Origin: Candidatus Latescibacterota bacterium
GTDB taxonomy: Bacteria > Latescibacterota > UBA2968 > GCA-2709665
Length of the DNA: 64,000 nt
Assembly (NCBI GenBank): GCA_965222075.1
Contig: OZ244937.1
Location: forward strand, 4,544,001 to 4,608,000
Reading direction: 5' to 3'
The stretch's first letter is position 1, and the number at the start of each line of letters is the position of its first letter. Shown in pieces: positions 9,848 through 20,395 of the stretch. The position numbers and the translations under genes were made by a program. The notes under the pieces were generated by a model that was not told where the DNA came from, made no database searches, and was given only the letters and a program-made list of their open reading frames with translations.

Positions 9848-11001
9848 ATGGACGCTTCGTAAAGGGCGGTGACGTCTTTTAAGGTGGTTTTACGCGGGTT
9901 GACCTGGATATTTCCGCTTTTCATAGCGTCTTCGGCCATCACCGGGATGCCTCCGGGCTTTGCTCCGGCCTCGGTGAGGGTTTTGGGAATGCCCAGGTCG
10001 CGGCCCAGGTCCTCCACCGCCTCTACGGCGCAGGTTGCGGCCTCCATGTCGTCCAGTCCCTCAACGTCGGTGTCCAGGGCTGCGGCAATGTCGGCGAATT
10101 TCTCCGGACAGGCGATCCGGTTGAAGTCCATAATGTGGGGGAGGAGAATCGCGTTGGCCACGCCGTGGGCCGTGCCGTAGTGTCCGCTGACGGGATGCGA
10201 CATGGCATGGATGTTGCCCAGGCGGGACTGTGAGAAGGCCATGCCGGCCATGTTGCTGGCGATCAACATCCGCTCGGTGGCGTCGTGGTTGTGATCGCTG
10301 GCAGCGGCCTGCCGCAGGTTTTCCGAGGTGAGACGGATCGCGTGAAGGGCCAGGCCCTCAGAAATCGGGCTGGTGGCCAGCGAGGTGTAAGACTCGATTG
10401 CATGCGTGAGAGCGTCCATGCCGGTGGCCCCTGCGATGGGGAGGGGCAGCGCAACGGCCATGTCGGCGTCCAGGATGCCGATGTCGGAGATGATTTCGGG
10501 GCCGATGACGGCGGCCTTGTAGGCGTTGTTGTCGGTGACGACCGCAAAGGGGGTGACTTCGCTGGCGGTGCCGTAAGTGGTGGGCACGCAGAGGAGAAAG
10601 GGGACACGGGTTTTGACTTTTCCCGGGCCGAAGTAGTCTTCGATTTTTCCACCGTTTGTAACGAGAACACCCGCGGTTTTGGCCACGTCCATCGAACTGC
10701 CGCCGCCCACGGCGAGCAGCCAGTCGCAGTCGTTGTCCCGGTAACAGTCCGCACAGGCGTGGACCACATGGACGGGAGGGTTGGCTTCTACGCCATCGTA
10801 GACCGCGCAGGCCAGGCCCGCACCGTCCAGTACGGAGATGACCCGGTCGACCAGGCCGGCCCGGACCAGGCCGGCGTCGGTGACGACCAGGGCCTTTTTT
10901 TTATCTCGTGCGGCGACCAGGTCCGGGATTTCGCTTATTGCGCCCCGGCCCACAACCAACCGGGTGGGCGAGAAATAGGTGAAGCGATCCTGGAATGCCA
11001 C
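9844..11001 (-). CDS. Iron-containing alcohol dehydrogenase
   Basis: VGGGSSMDVAK, VPTTYGTASEVT, GMDALTHAIES, HAMSH, HGVANA. Confidence 0.95.
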   Translation of the reverse strand: MAFQDRFTYFSPTRLVVGRGAISEIPDLVAARDKKKALVVTDAGLVRAGLVDRVISVLDGAGLACAVYDGVEANPPVHVVHACADCYRDNDCDWLLAVGGGSSMDVAKTAGVLVTNGGKIEDYFGPGKVKTRVPFLLCVPTTYGTASEVTPFAVVTDNNAYKAAVIGPEIISDIGILDADMAVALPLPIAGATGMDALTHAIESYTSLATSPISEGLALHAIRLTSENLRQAAASDHNHDATERMLIASNMAGMAFSQSRLGNIHAMSHPVSGHYGTAHGVANAILLPHIMDFNRIACPEKFADIAAALDTDVEGLDDMEAATCAVEAVEDLGRDLGIPKTLTEAGAKPGGIPVMAEDAMKSGNIQVNPRKTTLKDVTALYEASM

Positions 11002-11033
11002 GCCTGGGTTTCCTTGCAGAGGGTCAATGGATT

Positions 11034-11831
11034 CTAGTCGCGGAATGGCGCGATGAGGGCCGCTGCCGCTTCCCTCAGTACGTCGAATTCACTGCGCCTG
11101 GTGGGGCCGAAGATCTGGATGCCGCGTTCTCGCTGGCGATCGAAGGTTTCGCGGTCCTGCGGGAAAATAGCCGGCTCTACCGCGATGCCCCTGGCGAGCG
11201 CAAGCTCGATCACCCCCTCCATCGCTCCAAGCACATCCGGATGCTCCCATTGTCCGTGAAGGCCCATGTCCGCCGCGAGGTCTCCCGGACCGAAGATGAT
11301 GACGTCCACCCACTCGTTGGACATCAGGGCTTCCGCGTTCTCGATCCCTTTGCGGGACTCGATCTTGAGCGTCAGCAGTGTCGAATCGTTGGCCTCGGCA
11401 CAGTAGCGCGCCACATCGTGGATGGCTTGATAGTCCACGTTGGGGCCGGGAGCCAGCGCTCTTTCGCCTACCGGGGGATACTTCATCCAGCGCACCATGT
11501 CGGAAACCTGCTCGGGCGTCTCTGAGTGGCAGAGGCCCAGGCCGAGGGCGCCCGCGTCCAGCAAACGCGATACGAAGGCCCGGGAAGCTGCCTGAATGGT
11601 CACGGCCGGACAGAGTCCGGTGTCCCGGGCGATCACCAGAAAGTTGGTCAGCGTTTCCTCATTGTGCAGCACATGCTCGTTCTCGACCATTAACATGTCG
11701 TATCCGGCCTGGGCGACGATCTTGACGATCGACGGACGGAGGGACTCAAAAACGTTGAACGCGAACAGCGGGCCTCCCTCTTTCAGGGTTCGCTTGGCCG
11801 TGTTGGAGATCCATGGCTGGCCGGATGACAT
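11034..11831 (-). CDS. HpcH/HpaI aldolase family protein
   Basis: AGYDMLMVENEH, RLLDAGALG, KYPPVGER, KIESRKGIENAE, FGPGDLAADMG. Start is ATG 11831 or GTG 11843. Confidence 0.88.
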   Translation of the reverse strand: MSSGQPWISNTAKRTLKEGGPLFAFNVFESLRPSIVKIVAQAGYDMLMVENEHVLHNEETLTNFLVIARDTGLCPAVTIQAASRAFVSRLLDAGALGLGLCHSETPEQVSDMVRWMKYPPVGERALAPGPNVDYQAIHDVARYCAEANDSTLLTLKIESRKGIENAEALMSNEWVDVIIFGPGDLAADMGLHGQWEHPDVLGAMEGVIELALARGIAVEPAIFPQDRETFDRQRERGIQIFGPTRRSEFDVLREAAAALIAPFRD

Positions 11832-11862
11832 CTGGCAAAACACTCCCTGGCGTTGTCCCGGT

Positions 11863-11922
11863 TGGCCGGGCTTGATGGTTTCGCCGGGATTGAGTTTCCC
11901 GATTTCGCTGCGTACGGCGGCG
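11863..11922. repeat. 60-bp direct repeat, copy 2 (intergenic)
   Basis: 57/60 identical to 9666-9725. Followed directly by two related palindromes, ctggattgtcaaatccag and ccggatttggcaatccgg. Confidence 0.9.
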
Positions 11923-12097
11923 CTGGATTGTCAAATCCAGGCCATCCTCGCCGGATTTGGCAATCCGGCCAGAGCAATAGAGAGAATTATCCTTCCAGAT
12001 TAGCCGAATGATGACCGTCCCTCAGTTAATCATAATCATTTTTGAGCTTCTGTGCAAGGTTCTCTTGGGAGGATGGTCATTTGAGATTTCTCGACAT

Positions 12098-12676
12098 TTA
12101 TTCAGGAAAACCGTCAGACGCTACCAGCGCTGCGACCTCTTTCAGCGTCTCCACCGAGGGGGTGTGTTCAAAGGCAGGTTGGCCGTGGGTGAGGTAGATG
12201 CAGCGGATGCCGACGCGTCGGGAGGCCTGGATGTCGTAGCGGCCGTCTCCAATGACGATGGCCTCATCTGCCGATAGCCCCAGTCCGTCCAACGCCTTTT
12301 CGATCAGGTCGCCGGAGGGTTTGATGTCGCCGTCTTCCCGGCTGAGGGTGACGTCGAAGCGGAGGCCGTAGCGCTTCAGGACGGTCTGCATCGCTTCCCG
12401 GTGGTTGTTGGTAACAACCGCCAGCCGTATGCCTTTCGACCGGAGGTGATCGACCAAGTCCACGATGCCGTCGTTCGCATCGGCATTCTCCGCTGCCGCC
12501 ATTTCCGCCCGAAGCAGCTCATCGTTGGCCCAGGCGGAGCGGTCAGGCGGCAGGCTGTCGATGTATTCTAAGAGGGTCTGCCCCGGTGTGGCCCCGATCT
12601 TTTCCCGGAGCGTTTTCCAGTCGATGTAAGGGACGGTGATGGTGCCGTCCATGTCGAAGATGACGCCTTTGAGCAT
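12098..12676 (-). CDS. HAD family hydrolase
   Basis: IFDMDGTI, VVTNN, KPSG, IGDGRYDI. Confidence 0.92.
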   Translation of the reverse strand: MLKGVIFDMDGTITVPYIDWKTLREKIGATPGQTLLEYIDSLPPDRSAWANDELLRAEMAAAENADANDGIVDLVDHLRSKGIRLAVVTNNHREAMQTVLKRYGLRFDVTLSREDGDIKPSGDLIEKALDGLGLSADEAIVIGDGRYDIQASRRVGIRCIYLTHGQPAFEHTPSVETLKEVAALVASDGFPE

Positions 12677-12687
12677 GGTGGTTTTAA

Positions 12688-12772
12688 AAAATGCGTAAAT
12701 TTGGCTTTATGACAATTCTGTACGCCGTGCTCCGGGTACGCCAGGGGACTTCGAGCAGGCTTTTGTGCCCCT
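12688..12772 (+). repeat. Dispersed repeat family A, degenerate copy
   Basis: Core acgccgtgctccgggtacg matches 17/19 to the copy at 62182-62271, with atttgg at the same upstream spacing and gtgcccct downstream. Confidence 0.55.
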
Positions 12773-12843
12773 ATCCTCTTCTGTTGCGGGCGTAGCGTGG
12801 GTAGATCTCGGAAAGGCGGAGCCAATCCGGAAACACACCCACT

Positions 12844-13877
12844 TCACGATTCAAATATCTTCCCGATTTCATCCCGGTCGAAGGCGGGGAGGTCGGTCCA
12901 AACGTCGTTTTTACGGAGTTTGAGGCCGAAGCTCCGGTCTTCTACGCGGCCGATGATTTCGCACCGGATGCCGGCTTCCTGAATGGCATCCCGCACTCGC
13001 CCTGCATCACTTGCTGCGACGCCGATGAGGAGAGCGCCGGAGGAGATGATGCCGAGGGGATCGAGGTTAAAGGCAACACAGAGCCGGCGCGTTTCATCGG
13101 AAGCGAATAGGGCCTTCCCTTCCAGGGCGAGGCCGGTGTCGGCGGCTATGGCGAGTTCTCTGAGGGCCGTGGCCACGCCGCCTTCTGTAGGGTCGTGCAT
13201 GGCGTGCACGCGGGCGGTACGGCAGGCGATCCGGGCCTCTTTGAGGATGCTGATGCCGGGGTCGTGAAGGTAGTTTTGGGCGCTGGAGAGAAGGTCGGGG
13301 GTGAAGCCCCGGCCGGCCAGTTCGGTCTGCTTCTCCCGGGCGAGGATGGCGGTGGCTTCCACGCCCAGGCCCTTGGTCATCAAGATGGCGTCGCCCACCT
13401 GGAGGTCGGCGGATTGCACGAGGTCTTCGCGCTGCACTTCCCCCAGCATCTGGCCGACCACGATGGGGCGGTCCAGGCCGACGGTGATTTCGGTGTGCCC
13501 GCCGCAGAGGGAGACATCGATTTCCTGCGCGGCATGGTGGATGGACGCAAAGATCGCTTCAACCAGGGCGGCATCGGTGCGACCCTCGGGCAGCAGGAGG
13601 GTGGCCAGGAACCATCGAGGCAGGGCACCCATGGTGGCGATGTCGTTGGCGTTGACGTGGACCGCGTAGTGGCCGATTTCGTCGGTGGCGAAGGTGATGG
13701 GATCGGTTTTGACGACCAGGCAGGTTTCTTCAAACTCGATGACGGTGGCGTCTTCGCCCACGCGGGGCCCGACCAGGACGCGCTCGTTCGGGCCGGTGTA
13801 ACCGTCCAGGAGACGGGAGAGGAGGTCGAAGGGGAGTTTGCCGGGAGGGAAGACAGCGCTGTTTACGTCGGATGTGC

Positions 13878-13881
<4 letters not shown>
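12844..13881 (-). CDS. AIR synthase / HypE-like (PurM superfamily) protein
   Basis: PGKLP, GEDATVI, KTDPITFATD, NANDIATMGA, GGHTEIT, MHDPTEGG. ATG at 13881 overlaps the cupin stop. Confidence 0.85.
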
Positions 13882-14767
<886 letters not shown>

Positions 14768-14769
14768 CG

Positions 14770-17700
14770 ATGGTATTATTCGATCTGGACCGTCCTGCTC
14801 TGTTTTTCGCACAGGATCTTCTGTCGGAGCCAGAGGTGGCCCGGGGGGAGTTGCGCCGGCTCGGGTTTCGAGATCCCGACCGCACGCTGCGGAACCTCCA
14901 GGGACTGGTTGAGCCAGGGGGGGCGCCGCCCCTTCCGGCTGATCTTTTTCGGGAGCTGGTGGCGGCGCCGGATCCGGACAGGGCGCTGAATAATTTCGAA
15001 CGCCTGACGCAAGCGGTGTTCAGCCGGTCTGCGTTTTACCGTGCGCTCGAAGATTATCCGGATACCTGCCGGTTCCTCGTGCATCTCTTAGGCAGCAGCC
15101 AGTTTCTTTCGGATACGCTGGTGCGGGATCCGGAGTATTTCTACTGGCTGGTCGAGACGCCGGAGAGGCTGTCACAGCCGCGTACAAAGGCGGACCTCTC
15201 GGCGGAGTTCGCCGCAGAGTCGGCGGTGTTTCAAACGCCCGAAGCCCGCCTGAACGCCCTGCGCCGTCTGGTTCGGCGGGAGCAACTGCGCATTGGTGCC
15301 GGCGATTTGACGGGGCGGCCCATGCAGGAGGTGGCGGCCGAGCTTTCGGATCTGGCGTCCGTGTGTTTGCAGCGGCTTCTGGATCTGCTGGTTCCGGAGT
15401 TGGACACGCGTCACGGCCCTCCGCAAAACAGGGACGGCAGCCGGGCCGAGTTCACAGTTATCGGTCTGGGCAAGCTGGGCGGGCGGGAGCTCAACTTCAG
15501 TTCGGATATCGATTTGATGTTTGTCTACTCCGAGGAGGGGAACACAGGGGGAGGCGGGTCCGAGGGCGGTCCGATTTCAAATCAGGTTTATTTCTCCAGG
15601 CTGGCCGAGCGAATCTTGAAGGCGGCGACCGAGCCGACGGAGGAAGGGTTTCTCTATCGGATCGATATGCGCCTTCGGCCCGACGGGGCTTCGGGCGCAC
15701 TGACGATGCCGCTGTCGGCTTACGAGAGTTACTACGTGCGGCGGGGGGAACTCTGGGAACGACAGATGCTGATCAAGGCGCGCCCGTGCGCCGGATCGGA
15801 CCGTTTGGGCGCGCGGTTTTTAGAGACGATTCTGCCGTTTGTTTATCCACGGCATTTCGAGGTCAGCCCGGTGGAGGAGATCCGCCGGATCAAGCGCCGG
15901 ATCGAAGACCATATCGGCGAGAAGGGAGAGGCGGAAACCCACCTGAAGCTCCGGTCCGGAGGCATTCGGGATATCGAATTTGTCGTTCAGTGCCTGCAGC
16001 TGCTCGTGGGACGTGTGCACGCCGAGGCCCGCTCGGGCAACACGCTGGAGGCGATTGGCCAACTGCAGCGGATTTCTGCGCTGGCCGAGGCGGAGGCACA
16101 GGCGCTTCGGGCGGCCTATCTCTTTTTCAGGCGGGTGGAGCACCGGCTGCAGATGATGCACGGGCTGAGCGATTACACGCTGCCCGCATCCGAGGAGGCG
16201 CAAAGGCCTCTGGCGCTGGGTCTGGATTTCCCCTCACCAGGCGCATATCGAAGGACGATTGTCCGCCACGTGGGCGCGGTTCAGACGATCTATCGGGACG
16301 TTTTTTCGGAAGAAAGCGAGGGGGAAGGGCGGTCTATCGGTGCGCTGTGTAAGATGGAGGTGGGGGATGCTGAAGCGACTGCTCTGCTGCGCGAGTTGGG
16401 GTTTGCCCGGCCGGAAGAGGCCCACCGCAACCTGATTTACTTAGCTTACGGCCACGTGCCCAGAATCCGGGAAACACGGGTACGCCAGAGCTTTATGGCG
16501 TTGACGCCGGCGTTGATGCCCGCCTTACAGGCCTCTGCCGATGCGGACCGGGCGTTGAGCAATCTGGAGCGCTTGATTTCCGCCTACGGCGCAATGGATA
16601 CGCTGTTCCGGATGCTCAGCACGCATCCAGGCCTTCGGGATCTGCTCCTTTCGCTGTGCGCCGGCAGCCAGTACCTCGTCAATCTGATCGTGCGAAACCC
16701 GGCGCTGCTGGACTGGCTGATCCTGCCCGATGTGCTTTACCCCGACCGGAGCAGGGAGGAACTGGAGGCCGAGGTCGATTCGATGATTGGACAAGCAGCG
16801 TCAGACGATGCGGTGGCCGCTGCTTTGAATGCCTTCAAGAATCGGGAACTGCTCCGGATCGGCACCCGGGATCTGGTGGCGCTGACCGATACGTTTGAGA
16901 CGTTTGAAGCGCTTACTCTGCTGGCGGAGACGATTCTGAAGGTGGTTTACAGGGCCGTTTACGACCGCCTGGCCGCCCGCCGGGGCGTTCCGAGAGGGGA
17001 TGGTGGAGAACCGGCTGCGTTTGCGATTCTGGGACTGGGCAAGCTGGGAGGAAGGGAGTTCAATTTCGGTTCGGACTTGGATCTGGTGTTTGTATACTCG
17101 GATGATGGGTTGACCGACGGCCCCGAATCGGTAGGCAACCTCCAGTTTTACATCGATCTGGCCCAGCGGATTTTGAACATGCTGGGGCAGTCCACGCCCT
17201 ATGGGATGCTCTACCCAGTGGACGCCCGGCTGCGTCCCGAGGGTGGCAGCGCCCTGCTGGCGCTTTCCTACGACGCCTACGACACTTACCTGCAGGTGCG
17301 GGCCTCGACGTGGGAACGGCTGGCGCTTTCACGGAGCCGGGTGGTGGCAGGGGATGTGGGGTTCGGACAGAAGGTGCTGGACCGGATCGAGCGGTTTGTT
17401 CTGGACGACGGCCTTTCTGAATCTGAGGTTGGGGCGCTCGTTGATATCCGGCGGCGGATGGAAGCGCCGGGGGGCCGAGGGTCGACAAAAAGTATCAAGA
17501 CCGGGCCGGGGGGGATTGTGGATGTCGAGTTTATGGTGCAGGCCCTGCAGATCCGGTATGCCCATCGTGTCCCTCACCTGCGGAGTCCCAATACCCTGAA
17601 GGGGCTGGACCGCCTGGTGGAAGGGGGATATCTCCCGGAGGATGACGCGGCGCACCTGAGGTCGGCCTTCTATTTCCTGCGCACGGTTGAAAAGGTGCTG

Positions 17701-17868
17701 CGCCGACAGGAAGAACAGGCCAGGACCCGTCTGCCGACCGACGCACGGGCTCTGACCGCGCTTGCCCGTGCGGTGGGGTATGCCGACGGCCCGGCTTTTC
17801 TGGCCGCACTTGAGGAAAAGATGGGGACCACACGGCGGATTTTCCAGGCGTATCTGGGGGAAGTATAA
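14770..17868 (+). CDS. glnE: Bifunctional glutamine synthetase adenylyltransferase/adenylyl-removing enzyme
   Basis: Two repeats of GLGKLGGRE(L/F)NF.SD(I/L)DL, DMRLRPDG/DARLRPEG and GGIRDIEF/GGIVDVEF. Confidence 0.96.
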   Translation: MVLFDLDRPALFFAQDLLSEPEVARGELRRLGFRDPDRTLRNLQGLVEPGGAPPLPADLFRELVAAPDPDRALNNFERLTQAVFSRSAFYRALEDYPDTCRFLVHLLGSSQFLSDTLVRDPEYFYWLVETPERLSQPRTKADLSAEFAAESAVFQTPEARLNALRRLVRREQLRIGAGDLTGRPMQEVAAELSDLASVCLQRLLDLLVPELDTRHGPPQNRDGSRAEFTVIGLGKLGGRELNFSSDIDLMFVYSEEGNTGGGGSEGGPISNQVYFSRLAERILKAATEPTEEGFLYRIDMRLRPDGASGALTMPLSAYESYYVRRGELWERQMLIKARPCAGSDRLGARFLETILPFVYPRHFEVSPVEEIRRIKRRIEDHIGEKGEAETHLKLRSGGIRDIEFVVQCLQLLVGRVHAEARSGNTLEAIGQLQRISALAEAEAQALRAAYLFFRRVEHRLQMMHGLSDYTLPASEEAQRPLALGLDFPSPGAYRRTIVRHVGAVQTIYRDVFSEESEGEGRSIGALCKMEVGDAEATALLRELGFARPEEAHRNLIYLAYGHVPRIRETRVRQSFMALTPALMPALQASADADRALSNLERLISAYGAMDTLFRMLSTHPGLRDLLLSLCAGSQYLVNLIVRNPALLDWLILPDVLYPDRSREELEAEVDSMIGQAASDDAVAAALNAFKNRELLRIGTRDLVALTDTFETFEALTLLAETILKVVYRAVYDRLAARRGVPRGDGGEPAAFAILGLGKLGGREFNFGSDLDLVFVYSDDGLTDGPESVGNLQFYIDLAQRILNMLGQSTPYGMLYPVDARLRPEGGSALLALSYDAYDTYLQVRASTWERLALSRSRVVAGDVGFGQKVLDRIERFVLDDGLSESEVGALVDIRRRMEAPGGRGSTKSIKTGPGGIVDVEFMVQALQIRYAHRVPHLRSPNTLKGLDRLVEGGYLPEDDAAHLRSAFYFLRTVEKVLRRQEEQARTRLPTDARALTALARAVGYADGPAFLAALEEKMGTTRRIFQAYLGEV

Positions 17869-17983
17869 AACGCTACGGAAGGACACGGAAGGGGGCCTCC
17901 CGCACAGGTTTTGGAGGCAGAGCCTGGCTGAGATGCGCCAGCCTGGGCGATGCAAATGTGACATCTGGTGCTGCCGGTTTCCT

Positions 17984-19036
17984 TCATGTGGGTGTGAAGA
18001 AGGTTCTCAGTTCGGTTGTGAGAGGGTTCTCGCTGAGAGGGGATGCGAGGATGAACCGGAGCTGGTGGAGGCGGGCTTTGGGGTTTTGCCAGGCTTGCCG
18101 GAGGGGGAGGTTGTGTGAGGAGGTTGAGTGGGCGTTTTGCAGGAGGGATGCGGCGAGAAGGTGGAAGACGAGGTGGTGGCCGTCCAGGAGGCGGGCGGTC
18201 TGCTGAGGGTCGGGTGTACGGGCGGCGTAGCGGGCGGTTGTGTGTTTAGAAAGCAGGGTGTGGAATCCGCCGTCGGGACGGCCAGCGCCCAGGGCCGTGG
18301 TATACTGCACCAGGCGGCGTTCGGGCCAGTCCCAGCCGAGTTTGGAGAATTCGATGAAGTGGAGGGTTTGCGCTTCGGGGTTGATGACGATGTTTCGGGC
18401 GTTGTAGTCGGTGGGTCCAAGCAGGGGGGGGGCAGCGCCGAGGGTGTTGAGGAGGTCTGAGAGGAGCTGGTTGGCACGGGCGGCGGTCCGGGTTGCGAGG
18501 GCGGGGAGGTGTGTGTGGAGGGTGGCGGTGGCCTGTTGCCAGGAGGCCCGGAGGCCGGCGGGATCGCAGCCGGGAAAGGTCCGGCGGGAGAGCGCGGATG
18601 AGTGTTCGTGGAGGGTGGTCTGGATCGCGGAAAACCCCTCGATGGTCCGTTGGGCATAAAACGATCGGGTCGAGGGGTCTGCGTTCTGGCAGATGTCGTC
18701 TAAGGTGTGATCGCCACACCACTCGGTGAAGATGAGGGATTGGGCGGTGTCGACGCCGTAGACTTTTGGGACCGGGCATTCGGCTGTGCGCAGGAGCCGG
18801 ATGGCGGTTTCTTCGACTTCGAGGAGGTCGTAGGGTTTCCCACGGGTGAGGGGACCGAACATCTGGTGTTTGGCAATGAGCTTGCAGCCGTCTTGGGCGA
18901 TGACCCGCCAGACGCCGGGGTGATTCGAGACCGGGTTGATGCGTGCGACTGCGGGGCGGCCCGTCAGGAGGGTGGGGACGGCGCGGTGGATGGCGGCGAA
19001 GGTCGGAGAAAGGGAGGGAAGCAAAGCGGCCCTCAT
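17984..19036 (-). CDS. Aminoglycoside phosphotransferase/kinase-like fold protein
   Basis: LIAK, PVPKVYG, IFTEWCG, PTDYNARNI, FIEF. ATGA overlap with the upstream gene. Confidence 0.65.
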   Translation of the reverse strand: MRAALLPSLSPTFAAIHRAVPTLLTGRPAVARINPVSNHPGVWRVIAQDGCKLIAKHQMFGPLTRGKPYDLLEVEETAIRLLRTAECPVPKVYGVDTAQSLIFTEWCGDHTLDDICQNADPSTRSFYAQRTIEGFSAIQTTLHEHSSALSRRTFPGCDPAGLRASWQQATATLHTHLPALATRTAARANQLLSDLLNTLGAAPPLLGPTDYNARNIVINPEAQTLHFIEFSKLGWDWPERRLVQYTTALGAGRPDGGFHTLLSKHTTARYAARTPDPQQTARLLDGHHLVFHLLAASLLQNAHSTSSHNLPLRQAWQNPKARLHQLRFILASPLSENPLTTELRTFFTPT

Positions 19037-20313
19037 GCCTGGTGGACGATCTGCCGCTTCCGCAGGGTGAGGAATTCGGGGGCTTCGCGGATGCAGGTGC
19101 CCAGGATGCCCAGGGAGCGCCAGAATGCCCTCAGGCCGGTTTGCCGGATTTCGGCCGCATCCTCGCCCACGGCCGCAAAGCCCTGGCCGTGGGGGGTAAG
19201 GGCTTCCCAGTTTTGGAAGAGGCGGCCCCAGTTGCTTTTCAAGACGTCCTGCATTTTCTTCTTGGCGAGGAAGGGGTACCAGAAGCTGTCGTGGTAGATC
19301 ACGCTGGCCATGTAGGCCCAGGGCGCAAGGACGGTTTTGAGCGACCATTCGATCGGTTTTTTGAGCGGTCCCCAGTAGATTTTGTGCTGCATGCGGGAGG
19401 CGAAGGTCATTTTTTTGAAGGGGCCGACGAAGTTCCAGTTTTCAGCGGCGGCCTCCGGGTCTCCCACGATTTCGATCTGGCGGGGATCGCCGCATCCCAA
19501 CCCCCGGTCGTGGGCGAGCCGGATATACTTGATGGAGAGGGGATCAAAGCCCATCATTTTGGCCGCAATCGCGTCGATGGCGACCTGATCCGCGCTGGCG
19601 AGGAGGACGTTTTTGAGGTGGGGCACCATGCAGCGGGGGCCGGGGCCGTCGCCGGCGAAGGTGCCGTCCATGACGGCAAAGACGCCCGGGTGGATCTTTT
19701 TCTGGATCATCAGGAGGTCCACCAGGGTTTCGTGAATGACCGGGTGGGTCCAGTGGCGGCGTTCGTTGAGCAGCCCTCCGAAGGCGTTTTTCATGGCTCC
19801 GGTGGTGGTGGTAAAGACGTGGGTTTTGACCGTGGGAAGGTGAATGATGTTCTTCCCGATAAATCGTCTGGGGATGTGGAATCCGTCGGGGTAGACCTGG
19901 TTGAGGCAGAGAAATCCGTCGACGAGGTCGCCCACGGCGTCACGGACGTGGACCCATTCCTCCCCACCGTCGTAGAGGTGGATGTTGCGCAGGCCGTGGG
20001 CTTCCACGACGTTGATCTGCTTGTTCTCCCTCTCGCCCAGGCGAGCGTCAATGACGACCGTGCGGTTGTGACAGGCGTGCATCAGGCCGGGATCGTAGCC
20101 ATCCTTTCGCATGGCCCGGATGACGCCTTCCAGCTGCCAGGGCGTGGTGGAGCTGCCGGGGTAAAAGAAGTGCCAGGAGATGTTGACCTTCAAGGCCGTA
20201 TCCGTATCCCTGGCGATGACATCCTGGTAGCCGGCCAGGTTCATGAGGCGGTGGTAATCCGCCAGGATGGTTTGCGGATGGGTGCGTAAGACCGCGACTT
20301 TGCTCTGGCTCAT
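19033..20313 (-). CDS. DUF362 domain protein
   Basis: LKVNISW, TTPWQLEGVI, LPTVKTH, TTGAMKNAFG, VMDG, SADQVAIDA. Confidence 0.85.
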   Translation of the reverse strand: MSQSKVAVLRTHPQTILADYHRLMNLAGYQDVIARDTDTALKVNISWHFFYPGSSTTPWQLEGVIRAMRKDGYDPGLMHACHNRTVVIDARLGERENKQINVVEAHGLRNIHLYDGGEEWVHVRDAVGDLVDGFLCLNQVYPDGFHIPRRFIGKNIIHLPTVKTHVFTTTTGAMKNAFGGLLNERRHWTHPVIHETLVDLLMIQKKIHPGVFAVMDGTFAGDGPGPRCMVPHLKNVLLASADQVAIDAIAAKMMGFDPLSIKYIRLAHDRGLGCGDPRQIEIVGDPEAAAENWNFVGPFKKMTFASRMQHKIYWGPLKKPIEWSLKTVLAPWAYMASVIYHDSFWYPFLAKKKMQDVLKSNWGRLFQNWEALTPHGQGFAAVGEDAAEIRQTGLRAFWRSLGILGTCIREAPEFLTLRKRQIVHQA

Positions 20314-20395
20314 GGGTTGTCCTTAAAAGAAGGCAGAGGGAAAAATCTAAGTCAAAAGCGATAAACCGAACGGTCTCACCTTTGCCCTTTGCCGC

